A stretch of 61,738 bases of DNA from Candidatus Moraniibacteriota bacterium (GCA_030679985.1 JAUXSI010000028.1:1-61738); one strand, 5' to 3'; shown: positions 18,549 through 28,360, counted from the first letter of the stretch. Made by a program: numbers and translations. The notes: a model not told the origin generated them from the letters alone.

Positions 18549-18911
18549 TTATCCGAACGCCTCCGCTTCACGGCGAAGACGGTTGAATGAGAAGAGCGGG
18601 TGCGCGGCACTCAAAAAGAAAAAGGTCGCCTCCAATATTTCTTCGTTTTCTTCGATACCGACGTTGAAAAAAACATATTTGAGAAACGTGTCTACGTTTT
18701 GCATCGGAACCAAAATGCCATGCCAACTGAAAACCGTCTTGCATTCCAAAAGAGCGCAATCGCGGTGGGCAGACATCCCCACGCGATCCTCTTCTTGCGT
18801 CAGTTTGGTCTGACACAATATACAAGCTTTGGCTCCCCATTTTGCCCTTGGGCCGCCGCGGCGAGCCCATCTCTTATTTCTGACAGGCTTCCTATAAATC
18901 ACTTTACTCAT
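18549..18911 (-). CDS. Hypothetical protein with basic N-terminus and several Cys/His
   Basis: Start at Met13 (MSKVIYRKPVRNKRWARRGG...) with SD AAAGGGAGGAAAAGT-ATG. 120 aa. Confidence 0.55.
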   Translation of the reverse strand: MSKVIYRKPVRNKRWARRGGPRAKWGAKACILCQTKLTQEEDRVGMSAHRDCALLECKTVFSWHGILVPMQNVDTFLKYVFFNVGIEENEEILEATFFFLSAAHPLFSFNRLRREAEAFG

Positions 18912-19103
18912 ACTTTTCCTCCCTTTAATTTTTAAACAGCCCACCACATCACTATTTTAATATAATACAACTATTATGATCGATTATGCCAATATCAAGC
19001 AAATGGCAAGATTATGCCTTTATCGCATTTTTCACGTAATTTTGCCGTTTTTCCGCCTGCCATGTTAGAATAACCCCAGACTTATCATATTAATACCAAG
19101 CTT

Positions 19104-19697
19104 ATGAAAATCAAAATCGTCGACGGGTTTGAAATAAGAAACAGCCTTGACCCGGATTTCTGCGCCATTGAAGACAGTCAGAGCCAGACCTACATTCCCA
19201 AGGGCGAACTTTGGCTGGAAAAAAGCTATTCTCCCGAAAAAGACCGGATCGTGCAAAGTTTCCTGGCCGACCGGAAATTGAAAACCGAACTTGGCGCCAA
19301 AAAATATGGCGCTTTTGTCCGCCACAGGATCGCCGGCGCGGCCAAAAAGACAACTGGTACAAAAACGGAACCGTTCAAAATAAAACTGCTTGGAAAATCG
19401 GCGGGATTCAAAATATTTTTAGTATCCGGCCGGGAAGTGCGTGAAAAACTGGATCCGGATTTTTTCCTAGGCGGACATAATCTGGTATACGGCTATGTCC
19501 CAAAAAACGAAATCTGGATCGATGACGCCCAGGACAGCAGGGAAATCAAATATACATTGCTCCACGAACTGCACGAAGCCAAACTGATGAAAAAAGGCAC
19601 GAGCTATGACAACGCCCACGATTTCTCGCTCGCGACCGAAAAAGCCGCCCGCAGAAACGACGGCTTCGGACGCTATCCCAAAGACAGCGGCTTTTAA
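19104..19697 (+). CDS. Internally duplicated protein with one HExxH motif (putative minimal zinc metallopeptidase-like)
   Basis: 197 aa. Residues about 5-75 and about 105-180 align (V.G.E.R..LDPDF....Y.PK.E.W). Only the second half has LLHELHEA. Confidence 0.6.
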   Translation: MKIKIVDGFEIRNSLDPDFCAIEDSQSQTYIPKGELWLEKSYSPEKDRIVQSFLADRKLKTELGAKKYGAFVRHRIAGAAKKTTGTKTEPFKIKLLGKSAGFKIFLVSGREVREKLDPDFFLGGHNLVYGYVPKNEIWIDDAQDSREIKYTLLHELHEAKLMKKGTSYDNAHDFSLATEKAARRNDGFGRYPKDSGF

Positions 19698-20191
19698 TTT
19701 TCTTTTTCCACTACGACCATCCGGCGCAAAACCAAATCCTTTTCCTTGCGGATAATTTTAGTGTCGAAACTGAACCAAACGCGCTCAAAGGTTTCCAAAT
19801 CCATCTTGCGCACGCCGGCCAATTCCGGATCCTGCAGATAGATATATTTTTGATCCATTTCCACTACCACGGAAAAATGCCCGTCATCTTCCGAAAACCA
19901 TTCCACGATAACGGGGATGCCCTTAGTTAAAAATTTTTTGATGTCTTTCAGCCGGGCGGAATCTTTCAGGGACGCGGCAAAACCGAGTTTTTTGGCCGCT
20001 TTGACGATGGCGAAACCGGTGATGCCCTTGTCCGGATTGCATTTGGTAATTTCCCCTAACTCCTCCTCGCTTTTCTCCACGCCATAAAAATCCAGCACCA
20101 TCTTCAAGGAAGCCGGCCCGCAAAATCCGGGTTTTTGCCGATAAGGTTTCACGTCAAGCATAGATTTTATGAATAAATGATTATAGGACAA
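19694..20191 (-). CDS. Peptidase C39-like (papain-fold cysteine peptidase) domain protein, cytoplasmic
   Basis: 165 aa with YRQKPGFCGPASLKMVLDFYG, the catalytic-Cys context of C39-like domains, and a downstream GHFSVV His. Confidence 0.7.
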   Translation of the reverse strand: MSYNHLFIKSMLDVKPYRQKPGFCGPASLKMVLDFYGVEKSEEELGEITKCNPDKGITGFAIVKAAKKLGFAASLKDSARLKDIKKFLTKGIPVIVEWFSEDDGHFSVVVEMDQKYIYLQDPELAGVRKMDLETFERVWFSFDTKIIRKEKDLVLRRMVVVEKEN

Positions 20192-20257
20192 TTAAAGCTT
20201 AGCATGGGAATCGGCGACTAACAAACAGGGTCCGGATGGCCGGATTATCCTGCCGGC

Positions 20258-20482
20258 CTAAAAACCGAAGTATGCCGACAACCCGAAAACCGCATGGATG
20301 GTCGCGGCCAGGATAGCCGAAACGGCCAGGCGCGGATGCCACTTGAAAGGAATGAGATTGATGCCCTTGCGGTTAAGCGCACCGACCGCAGCCGTGGCCA
20401 GTAACAGCAGATACGTCAAAATCCCCCCGTACATTATCAACGGCTTCCCCAAAAACAAAGCGTAGGCGATATCTCGGACCAT
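20258..20482 (-). CDS. Small two-TM membrane protein, hypothetical
   Basis: 74-aa hydrophobic ORF starting 5 nt after the cupredoxin gene stop. Confidence 0.5.
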   Translation of the reverse strand: MVRDIAYALFLGKPLIMYGGILTYLLLLATAAVGALNRKGINLIPFKWHPRLAVSAILAATIHAVFGLSAYFGF

Positions 20483-20486
20483 ATGC

Positions 20487-20951
20487 TTATTCCACGATTA
20501 ATTTCCCCACCATCCCCATCTGCCTGTGGTTGGCAACGCTGCAATAATACTCGAACGTGCCGGACTTGTCCGCCCTGAAAACGATCGAATCGCTTTCGCC
20601 GGCCTTCAATAGCTTCGTACGCGCACCGAATCCCTCAACCGCCCAATCGTGCATCCCCTGTTCCACCGTCAGGTTTATCCGGACCAAATCACCTTGCTTG
20701 ACCCGGATTTCCTTAAGCGAGAATTCGAACGGTTTGGCGGAAAGGTTAAATATTTTTTCATCCGCTTCCCTGCTACCTGCCGGAGTTTGGGAAGAAATTT
20801 TCCGGTCGGCAACCTGATCGCCTGCCGGACGGTTTTTCGCCAAAAGATAGATTCCGACCAGCGCGATAACGATTATCACGACGACCGTCAGATTTTTCCC
20901 GTTGTTTTTTTCCGGCGGCGATTGGCCTTCCGGCATCATCTCCTCAACCAT
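20487..20951 (-). CDS. Membrane-anchored cupredoxin (plastocyanin/azurin-like type 1 copper protein)
   Basis: 154 aa with an N-terminal TM helix. Ligand pattern: GMHDW ... YYCSVANHRQMGM (His ... Cys-x4-His-x2/4-Met). Confidence 0.8.
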   Translation of the reverse strand: MVEEMMPEGQSPPEKNNGKNLTVVVIIVIALVGIYLLAKNRPAGDQVADRKISSQTPAGSREADEKIFNLSAKPFEFSLKEIRVKQGDLVRINLTVEQGMHDWAVEGFGARTKLLKAGESDSIVFRADKSGTFEYYCSVANHRQMGMVGKLIVE

Positions 20952-20989
20952 ATTATTTTGTGAATTAAAAAAATACTATTCTAATGGCA

Positions 20990-21607
20990 TCAGCGCGGAT
21001 TATCCAGCCTAGCCAGACGTTCATCAACTTTTTCCCAATTGACGATATTCCAGAAAGCTTCGATAAAACCGCCTCTTTCGTTTTTGTAGTCCAGATAATA
21101 AGCGTGTTCGAAAACATCCAGAACCAAAAGGATGTCCGCGTGAGGCATAAGCGAAGCGTTATGCTTTTCGACTTGCATCAGCATCAACTGGCAAGTTTCC
21201 GGCGCGCAGACCAGCGCCGCCCAGCCCGAGCCCTCCACGCTTGCGGCAGCCAAAGAAAACTCGCTCTTGAATCTGGCAAAGCTCCCGAATTCCCGGATTA
21301 TCCTGTCCAAAATCCTGCCGCCCACCTTGCCGCCACCCTTGTTGTCCGGAGCCAAGTTCTCCCAAAAAAGAGAGTGCAGGATGTGCCCGCCGACATTGAA
21401 AGACAGGGCTTTCAATTCCGCCTTCATATCCAGCTCCGCCCCCTCCAGACGCGCCTTTTCAAATTTGTCCAAAATCGAATTAGCGCCTTTGACATAGGCG
21501 TCATGATGTTTTTCATAATGGAGTTTCAATTGGTTCTCCGAAATGAACGGCTCCAAATCCCGATAACCGTAGGGCAAAGGTGGCAGAACATATGATTTTT
21601 TTTCCAT
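20990..21607 (-). CDS. Fe/Mn-family superoxide dismutase
   Basis: Start at Met52 (MEKKSYVLPPLPYGYRDLEPFISENQLKLHYEKHHDAY...). C-terminal motif DVFEHAYYLDY is present. Confidence 0.95.
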   Translation of the reverse strand: MEKKSYVLPPLPYGYRDLEPFISENQLKLHYEKHHDAYVKGANSILDKFEKARLEGAELDMKAELKALSFNVGGHILHSLFWENLAPDNKGGGKVGGRILDRIIREFGSFARFKSEFSLAAASVEGSGWAALVCAPETCQLMLMQVEKHNASLMPHADILLVLDVFEHAYYLDYKNERGGFIEAFWNIVNWEKVDERLARLDNPR

Positions 21608-21781
21608 ATGGTTGAAGAAAAAAATATTAGCCGGGAAATCCCATCCGCAAAAAAACAGCCTACTGTCGATCGTTATTAATACAACAAGATTGGGCCGCCT
21701 CTTTCGTTTCGAAACTCCGAAAGAAATATTCCCCCGCCGGATTGTATTATCTATGCCCAATAATCGGATAATTCAAAATTT

Positions 21782-22306
21782 ATGCAAATACCAAAAAAAT
21801 TGCCCCAATTTGAAAAACTGCCCGCCCTCTTTATCGCCAGTGGCGGGTACGAAGCCGACTTTTACCTGGCCCATAACGGTACATTGGAACTCCATAGCAA
21901 AATCAAATTGTCTCCCCGCGAAGAAGCCCGCGAAAAGCAAGGGTTCATCGGCCGCAAGGGCGGGGTGAAAAATCTCTCATCCGTTTCCCATCACGGCGCA
22001 TATATCGAAGACCTCAAGAAAAAATTCCAGAAAAAAGTCCATGCGGCCATCCACGACCTGCTCGCCGAATACAAACTGGAGGAAATTTATCTTTTTTCGC
22101 CGCGCTATTCGGCCCAGCGGATCATAGACGGACTGGATAAAGCCGAACAGAAAAAGGTGCGGATGACATTTTTCTGCGAATACACTAAAAACAATCCGCT
22201 GGAGATGTTGACGGCTTTCTGGGAAACGGAACAGGAAGCGGTGAAACCTAGGCTGCCGCTGAAAAAAGAGCAGGAGAAAATCCTGCAAAGACCGACCATC
22301 AGATAG
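21782..22306 (+). CDS. Hypothetical protein
   Basis: 174-aa ORF on the opposite strand to its neighbours. No motif recognised with confidence. Confidence 0.55.
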   Translation: MQIPKKLPQFEKLPALFIASGGYEADFYLAHNGTLELHSKIKLSPREEAREKQGFIGRKGGVKNLSSVSHHGAYIEDLKKKFQKKVHAAIHDLLAEYKLEEIYLFSPRYSAQRIIDGLDKAEQKKVRMTFFCEYTKNNPLEMLTAFWETEQEAVKPRLPLKKEQEKILQRPTIR

Positions 22307-22424
22307 CGCGCCTCCTTCATTCCGCGATGGAAGCGTCGGAAAGCCGATTGCCAGTCCGCAAAAAATCCTATAAACTACCGGTATATCCGGACTGCGTCTA
22401 AGCCGCTTAACCAAGGAACATACT

Positions 22425-22877
22425 ATGGACAACAAACCCATCCTCCTGCTATTGGAAGAGAACGAACTCAACATATCCGCGCTCTATTCCCTATACGCGC
22501 GGAAGATTCCGCACAAGAGCGCTTTTTGGGAACAGCTTTCCAACGAAGAAATATCCCACGCATCTTCCCTGGGCAACGACAGCGCCCGGGTCGATCCGGC
22601 GCGTTCCATCGTCGAAAATAAATTCTCCCGAGGCGTCATCCAATACGTGATGGATTTCGTACTCGAAGAAATCCGGCGCGCGGAAAAAGAAAACGTCACG
22701 CATTTTGACGCCTTGCAAACCGCCCTGCGCATCGAACGCTCCATCCTGGAAAAGAAATGTTTCGATATGTTCATGCCCGCGGATACGACCATCCAGGAAC
22801 TGTTCCAAAAGATGAACGATGAAACGGAACAGCATATCCGGACCCTCACCGAGGAAATAGAAAGCCAGGGCACCTGA
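22425..22877 (+). CDS. Ferritin-like/rubrerythrin-like four-helix-bundle protein
   Basis: 150 aa with two E...ExxH pairs (WEQLSNEEISHA and RIERSILE...NDETEQHI), as in di-iron ferritin-like domains. Confidence 0.55.
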   Translation: MDNKPILLLLEENELNISALYSLYARKIPHKSAFWEQLSNEEISHASSLGNDSARVDPARSIVENKFSRGVIQYVMDFVLEEIRRAEKENVTHFDALQTALRIERSILEKKCFDMFMPADTTIQELFQKMNDETEQHIRTLTEEIESQGT

Positions 22878-22960
22878 CCAACCGCAAAAAATTCCACACT
22901 TAAAAAATACATCCGCCGGATGTATTTTTATTCCGCGCGATTTACCAGCGGACATATCGC

Positions 22961-23767
22961 CTATTTCCCGACGACTATCATCGCCTTTTTAAAATTTCCC
23001 GAGGGGACCGGCGGAATATTCTGGCCGCTCGGATATTGCCAGACGGAACGCAATAAGACATCTTCGTCATAGCGATACCCGCTTCCACGCTTCGTCCCGG
23101 GATCATTGGTGATGAATTCCCGAGCGGCCGGATCATAACCCGTGATGACCAACATATGCGCGACCGGACCCGGAGGCGTGTAGTAAGGATTGGCGAGCAC
23201 TTGGCCAAAAGCCGGAACGATGACGAGCTTGCCGCCTTGCAATTCCTTTTTGATATCGGCAACGCCGATATCCTCCCTGACTGAAACATTGCTATGGCGC
23301 AAATATTGCTCAAAAATGCGTTTGACATCGAAAACGTCAGTGTCAAAACCGTATCCGAAAGTCCTCATTTCAAAATCATACATTTCCGAAATCCGCCTTT
23401 GCGCGTCAGAAGGAGATATCGATTCCACCCCGTCGACCCAGCCCATCGCCATAATGATCGAAGATTCCTCGCAAGCGTTCTGGAAGACGGGATCATCCCA
23501 ATTTCCGGTCGGAGCTTGGATTACGAAAGGGACATCGAATTCTACCGGCTTATCCGTGGCGGTTTCCGAAAATATTTTTCCGCCTGGATCCATCGGAACC
23601 GTTTGCAAATCATTGCCGGCCTTCGGAACGTTTCCTGTTTGGAAATCAGACGGCGCACCGGTCCATCTTGTCCGACTATCGTCCAGCATCGCCAAAAAAT
23701 AACCTCCGCCCAGGCCGGCTAAAATAAAAACTATTATAAACAAATATCTTTTTTTCATAAACCTCAC
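22961..23767 (-). CDS. Secreted peptidase C39-like domain protein
   Basis: 268 aa with a signal anchor (the start may be MKKRYLF at 23758). Motifs: FVIQAPTGNWDDPVFQNACEESSIIMAMGW and a later HMLVITGYD, a Cys/His papain-like arrangement. Confidence 0.7.
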   Translation of the reverse strand: MRFMKKRYLFIIVFILAGLGGGYFLAMLDDSRTRWTGAPSDFQTGNVPKAGNDLQTVPMDPGGKIFSETATDKPVEFDVPFVIQAPTGNWDDPVFQNACEESSIIMAMGWVDGVESISPSDAQRRISEMYDFEMRTFGYGFDTDVFDVKRIFEQYLRHSNVSVREDIGVADIKKELQGGKLVIVPAFGQVLANPYYTPPGPVAHMLVITGYDPAAREFITNDPGTKRGSGYRYDEDVLLRSVWQYPSGQNIPPVPSGNFKKAMIVVGK

Positions 23768-23888
23768 CTATCGTAAAATTATACTACATTTCCTCCCAGC
23801 CTTACCGATCGGCCATAGTAATCTGGATTTAGTACAAACCCCGGGATGTTTTTCTGTCACACACCTGAAAACCGCCGACCGCTCCCGA

Positions 23889-24779
23889 TCAAGCGAATAA
23901 GGCGGTGCTCGCGTATTTTTCCCCTCGATCCGGAGCGACAATGACGACGTTGCCGACTTCTAATGTCTTGGCCAATTCCAAAGCCGCGTGCAAAGCGGCG
24001 CCGGAACTCATACCCAAAAATATCCCTTCTTCCCTGGCTATCCTCCGGACGGCGCTATGCGCATCTTCGTCGCCGACATTGATTTTTTCATCGAACATTT
24101 CCGGATCATAGATTTCCGGCACGATCGCCTCTTGCATATTTTTCAAGCCCTGCAGCTTATGCCCGAGCGCCGGTTCAACGGCAATGATTTTGATAGCCTT
24201 ATTTTTTTCTTTCAATTTACGGCTGATGCCCATCAGAGTGCCGGATGTTCCCAGTCCGGCGACAAAGTGGGTGATGTCCGGTACATCGGCCAGGATTTCT
24301 TCGGCCGTCACCTGATAATGGATTTCCGGATTATCCGGATTGGCAAATTGGTTCGGCATCCAATATTTGCCCGGACTTCCGGCCACCATCCGATGAGCCT
24401 CCATTATCGCCCCGTCCGTCCCCTGCTCTTTGGGCGTCAGGACTATTTCCGCCCCATAGGCCTTCAAGATCCTTCTCCGTTCTTCGCTCATACCCGCTGA
24501 CATCGTCAGAACCGCCCGGTAGCCTTTGAGTGCCGCGACCATCGCCAAACCGATTCCGGTATTGCCGGAGGTCGGTTCAAGGATGATTTTGTCCCTGGTC
24601 AGTTCGCCGCTTTTTTCCGCCGACTCGATCATCGCCAAGGCGATCCTGTCCTTGATAGAACCGCTGGGATTCTGACCCTCCAACTTTATGTATAAATTAA
24701 CCTTTGTATTCGGATTGATCTTACTGACCTTGATGACCGGCGTGTTTCCGATCAGGCTCAGGATATTTTGATGCAACAT
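23889..24779 (-). CDS. cysK: Cysteine synthase (O-acetylserine sulfhydrylase), PLP-dependent
   Basis: 296 aa with IGNTPVIKV..., LEGQNPSGSIKDRIALAMIE (PLP lysine motif) and GTSGTLMG. Confidence 0.93.
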   Translation of the reverse strand: MLHQNILSLIGNTPVIKVSKINPNTKVNLYIKLEGQNPSGSIKDRIALAMIESAEKSGELTRDKIILEPTSGNTGIGLAMVAALKGYRAVLTMSAGMSEERRRILKAYGAEIVLTPKEQGTDGAIMEAHRMVAGSPGKYWMPNQFANPDNPEIHYQVTAEEILADVPDITHFVAGLGTSGTLMGISRKLKEKNKAIKIIAVEPALGHKLQGLKNMQEAIVPEIYDPEMFDEKINVGDEDAHSAVRRIAREEGIFLGMSSGAALHAALELAKTLEVGNVVIVAPDRGEKYASTALFA

Positions 24780-25010
24780 ATTTTAACTTTCATTGGAATT
24801 AAAAAACCCTCGGGTGAGAGTATTTCATAGGCTGGAATTTTTGCAGTAAGATAAAATACTCTCTTGGAAATCAAGGTCTGCGACAGCAAATTTTTGTTTC
24901 CGAAAAAATCATCTTATCCATAACCTGATGATACTCCATAACGCGAAAAAGTCAAAAATAAAAGGAGTACCTGCCGCAAGTGTGCGGCAAGTACTCCCGG
25001 TTTTCACCAC

Positions 25011-25286
25011 TCAGACAGACGCGATGAATACAACCCTGACAAGCTCTATCCTCCATCCGAATTTCCTGAGCTTTTCGATAACCTCCTTCAATTCCTTCCC
25101 GCCATCGTGGTATACCCTGAGAAACGGGGTACTGATAAGTTTCTGACGATTACTTTCGTCCTCATACAAAGTAACCGCCAACTTATCGAGTTCCCAGCCC
25201 GAGAAGAGCTCCAAAATCTCGTCTCGGATTTGGATCCCGATAACTCCTCTTGAGTATCCGTGCACCTCAATGTTGAAACTTAACAT
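25011..25286 (-). CDS. Hypothetical protein co-transcribed with purC
   Basis: 91-aa ORF starting 8 nt after the purC stop. Does not resemble PurS. Confidence 0.5.
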   Translation of the reverse strand: MLSFNIEVHGYSRGVIGIQIRDEILELFSGWELDKLAVTLYEDESNRQKLISTPFLRVYHDGGKELKEVIEKLRKFGWRIELVRVVFIASV

Positions 25287-25294
25287 AGGCCCTC

Positions 25295-26188
25295 CTATAC
25301 ATTGCGGCCCGTCAGATACAGGAAAGCTTCCTGATAACGGGCCTCGGTTTTGTCGATGATTTCCGGAGGCAGGGGCGGAGCCGGCGGAGCCTGGTTCCAG
25401 TCCAAGGAAGAAAGATAGTCCCGCAAGAACTGCTTATCGAAACTAGGTTGGCCTTTGCCGACCTCATATTCATATGCTGGCCAGAAACGCGATGAGTCCG
25501 GTGTGAGCACTTCGTCGATAAGTATCAGCTCGCCCTCATACCAGCCCAGCTCGAATTTCGTATCGGCGATAATGATGCCACATTTGCGGGCATAGTCGGC
25601 CGCTTTGCAATAGAGCGCCTTGCAGATGGCGGCGATTTTTTCCGTCTCCTGCTGTCCGACCAGTTCCGCCATCTCGGCCAGCGAAATATTCTCATCATGA
25701 GTCCCCAGCTCCGCCTTGGTGGAGGGGGTGAAGAGCACTTCGGGCATTCTTTCCGATTCTTTCATACCGGACGGCAATTCAAAACCGCACACCGTGGTGT
25801 TTTTCCGGTACGCTTTCCAGAAGGAGCCGGACAGATAGCCGCGCACGATGCATTCCACCGGCAGAGGATTGGCTTTTTTCACCAGCATGCTGCGACCCTG
25901 CAGCTGCTCCCGGTAAGGGGCGCAGACCGCCGGATAATGAGCCGGATCAGCGGTCAGGAGGTGGTTCGGCACGATATCCTTCAGATAGTCGAACCAAAAA
26001 ATAGACAACCCGGTCAGCACCGCTCCTTTGTTGGGGATGGGATCACCCATGACCACATCGAAGGCGGAGATGCGGTCGGTCGCCACCATAAGCAACTTAT
26101 CTTCCACCTCATAGAGATCGCGCACCTTGCCGCGATGGAGCAGATGCAAATCTCCGAAATTCGTCTGAGCAACTGTTTTTTTAGCCAT
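25295..26188 (-). CDS. purC: Phosphoribosylaminoimidazole-succinocarboxamide synthase (SAICAR synthetase)
   Basis: 297 aa with LHRGKVRDLYEV...LLMVATDRISAFD and IIADTKFELG. Confidence 0.95.
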   Translation of the reverse strand: MAKKTVAQTNFGDLHLLHRGKVRDLYEVEDKLLMVATDRISAFDVVMGDPIPNKGAVLTGLSIFWFDYLKDIVPNHLLTADPAHYPAVCAPYREQLQGRSMLVKKANPLPVECIVRGYLSGSFWKAYRKNTTVCGFELPSGMKESERMPEVLFTPSTKAELGTHDENISLAEMAELVGQQETEKIAAICKALYCKAADYARKCGIIIADTKFELGWYEGELILIDEVLTPDSSRFWPAYEYEVGKGQPSFDKQFLRDYLSSLDWNQAPPAPPLPPEIIDKTEARYQEAFLYLTGRNV

Positions 26189-26330
26189 ACTTTCTCCTTT
26201 TCTGATATGGTTAATAAAAAACAGGCCTCCGATTTTTCGAAGCCTGTCGATTGGAAAGAACCGGTTTATATTATTGCCTATGATGGCTTGTTTTTAGGCT
26301 GATGTCAAATACTTATCACTATTTCAAGAC

Positions 26331-26369
26331 AAAAAGAAAGGGTGGCCGGTCAATGACCTTCCACCCTTT
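26331..26369 (-). terminator. Intrinsic terminator of the 26376..27107 gene
   Basis: AAAGGGTGG (26337-26345) pairs with CCACCCTTT (26361-26369), followed by a T-run on the minus strand. Confidence 0.6.
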
Positions 26370-26375
26370 CCGCGC

Positions 26376-27107
26376 TTATGCTTTTCGAAGCAAAGCGCGC
26401 AAACTTTCGGATTCTTGCGCCGAAATATCCCCGATTTTTTTGGGAAATATTCCCAAATCCCTTTCGATCCTTTCCAGGATCCTTTTTACCTCTTTTTTTA
26501 CATCTTCTTTTTCCGAGGTCAGACAAATAATCTGAAAAATCATGCCCACTTCGATAACCGACAACAACTCTGGCCGATCAAATCTTTGTATGATCTCATC
26601 CAGGTCATCTGCCATCACCAAAAAAAATGAATCTTTTTTTGCAAAAACCTTCTCGACATTTTTTATCTTAAAGGATTCAGCATCGTCCATTAACCGGATG
26701 CCGTTTTTAATGAGGCCCTGGGAGTCCGCATAAGCGTCGACCGCTTTGATAATCAGTTGAATTTCCGAAACACTCAACTCCGTGTCCCAAATCACCCGCA
26801 TACCATTTCGTAATTCAAATATTTGTATCCGAGCTATGATTCCGATTCCATTTTTCCTGCCGACCGTAAAGCCGAGGCCTCCATTCCGGATATTACGGAA
26901 ATCATATAATTCCAGTATAAGCGGTTCGGCCTTAAACCAAATCCCATTATTACCCTCTTGTCCAAATTTGACTCCAATATCCCAGAGTTGCCACAAGACA
27001 TCCCCAGCCTCCAGCAGGCCTTTCGGCAGACCCATAAAGGCGCCCCGCTCGATAATTGAAAACCCGTCCTTATCTTCCCCGAATCTTGCAAACTTTTCTT
27101 TAAACAT
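26376..27107 (-). CDS. Hypothetical protein
   Basis: 243-aa ORF, soluble, with no recognisable motif. Confidence 0.55.
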   Translation of the reverse strand: MFKEKFARFGEDKDGFSIIERGAFMGLPKGLLEAGDVLWQLWDIGVKFGQEGNNGIWFKAEPLILELYDFRNIRNGGLGFTVGRKNGIGIIARIQIFELRNGMRVIWDTELSVSEIQLIIKAVDAYADSQGLIKNGIRLMDDAESFKIKNVEKVFAKKDSFFLVMADDLDEIIQRFDRPELLSVIEVGMIFQIICLTSEKEDVKKEVKRILERIERDLGIFPKKIGDISAQESESLRALLRKA

Positions 27108-27250
27108 GGATTCCCTCCCGTTTTTTTTGTTAAGTTACCCCGTTAAGTGGCAATTTTAGCATAATCCGGAACGGCTTGTCCAACATTGACTTTGCCGGCC
27201 CAAGAACTATACTTTGAGACAGACATTTAATATTATTTTAATCCACGCGT

Positions 27251-28360
27251 ATGAAAGAAATCAATAAATACATCGACGCCCGCGAGGCGGACATCTACCA
27301 TATGCCGATCCAGGAAAGGATCAATTGGCTTTTGGACTTAAGCAAGAAACATTCCGACGCCTATTGCTCTTCCGAAGCCTATCTTTCCCGCAAAAGATAT
27401 TCCGCCAAGCATCCGACGATGATTATCGCTTTGAAGTGTATGGACGGCCGGATCCATCTGCCGTACGCGACCAAGACCCCGCTGGGCATCATCAAGCCTT
27501 TCCGCAATATCGGCGGGATGTTCGACTTGGGCTGGCCGTATCTGGGCGAAGTGCTATATAACACGGTCAACGCCGCCATCGAAGATTCCCGCCGGGTGCT
27601 GATGATCATCACCTATCACTATTCCAAAGGCGACGGACATCGCGGCTGCGCCGGTTTCAAATATGATTGCGATGCCGCCATCAAGCATGTCTTTGAAGTC
27701 AAAAAGCAAGCGGAATATATCTTCGGCCAAAACCACCAAGCCGTCTATCCGCTGATCTGCGGAATTGAAACGGACGAAGACGCAATGATCCTCCACGACG
27801 GGGAAAACAAGGAAATTTTCAATCTGGCCGAAAGCACGGACTCTTCCAAAGAATTCCTGACCAACAAATTACGCGCGATGTATCCGGATATGCCCGACCA
27901 AGTGTTGCGCGATTTATTGCCATTGGTCACCGGCAACATCGAACATATCGCCGACATCCGCAACGCCCACCGCAATCTGGAACTGGATTCGGTGCATCGC
28001 GAATGGATCATCTGCATCGGACGCGGTTTCGATTTCTTGCACGTGCCCAACATCGCGCTCATCATCGGCCCCTACAGCCCCGACATCAGCGGACCGATCA
28101 AGACCGCGGCCGGCATCATAAAATCGAATATGGAACGCGGGATGATTCCCAAAGATGGTTTTTTGCTCCTGACCTCGGCCCCCTATTCAGAAATCGGCGT
28201 GGACAAAGCCAGGGCTGAATTGAAATCGCAATTTTTGAGCCAATACGCTTCGGAGGCCATTGAAAAGGAACATCCCGATATGTTCAAATTGATGATTAAA
28301 AAAACAGCCGTCCTGAATTGGCATACGCGCAATCTGGAGCTGATCGACTCCGCGGATTAG
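27251..28360 (+). CDS. Protein with beta-carbonic-anhydrase-like zinc-site motifs (divergent, extended)
   Basis: 369 aa. KCMDGR (C63-x-D65-x-R67) and GHRGCAG (H130-x-x-C133-x-G) match the CxDxR ... HxxCG signature of beta-class carbonic anhydrases. About 230 further residues are of unknown nature. Confidence 0.6.
   Translation: MKEINKYIDAREADIYHMPIQERINWLLDLSKKHSDAYCSSEAYLSRKRYSAKHPTMIIALKCMDGRIHLPYATKTPLGIIKPFRNIGGMFDLGWPYLGEVLYNTVNAAIEDSRRVLMIITYHYSKGDGHRGCAGFKYDCDAAIKHVFEVKKQAEYIFGQNHQAVYPLICGIETDEDAMILHDGENKEIFNLAESTDSSKEFLTNKLRAMYPDMPDQVLRDLLPLVTGNIEHIADIRNAHRNLELDSVHREWIICIGRGFDFLHVPNIALIIGPYSPDISGPIKTAAGIIKSNMERGMIPKDGFLLLTSAPYSEIGVDKARAELKSQFLSQYASEAIEKEHPDMFKLMIKKTAVLNWHTRNLELIDSAD

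Noticed and set aside
18323-18610. N-terminal extension of the ABC-F ORF (start at 18610). Analogous upstream extensions affect the SOD (21608-21760), response regulator (46267-46410), sigma factor (12045-12146), csp and VOC genes.
   Set aside because: The conserved protein N-termini begin at internal Met codons. The ABC-F extension contains the upstream gene's terminator hairpin. The extension sequences are non-conserved-looking.
24781-24930. Possible riboswitch or attenuator in the cysK leader (10-bp hairpin GAGAGTATTT...AAATACTCTC followed 9 nt later by a T-run)
   Set aside because: The T-run is not adjacent to the stem. I could recognise no known riboswitch core (SAM, T-box). One hairpin alone is insufficient.
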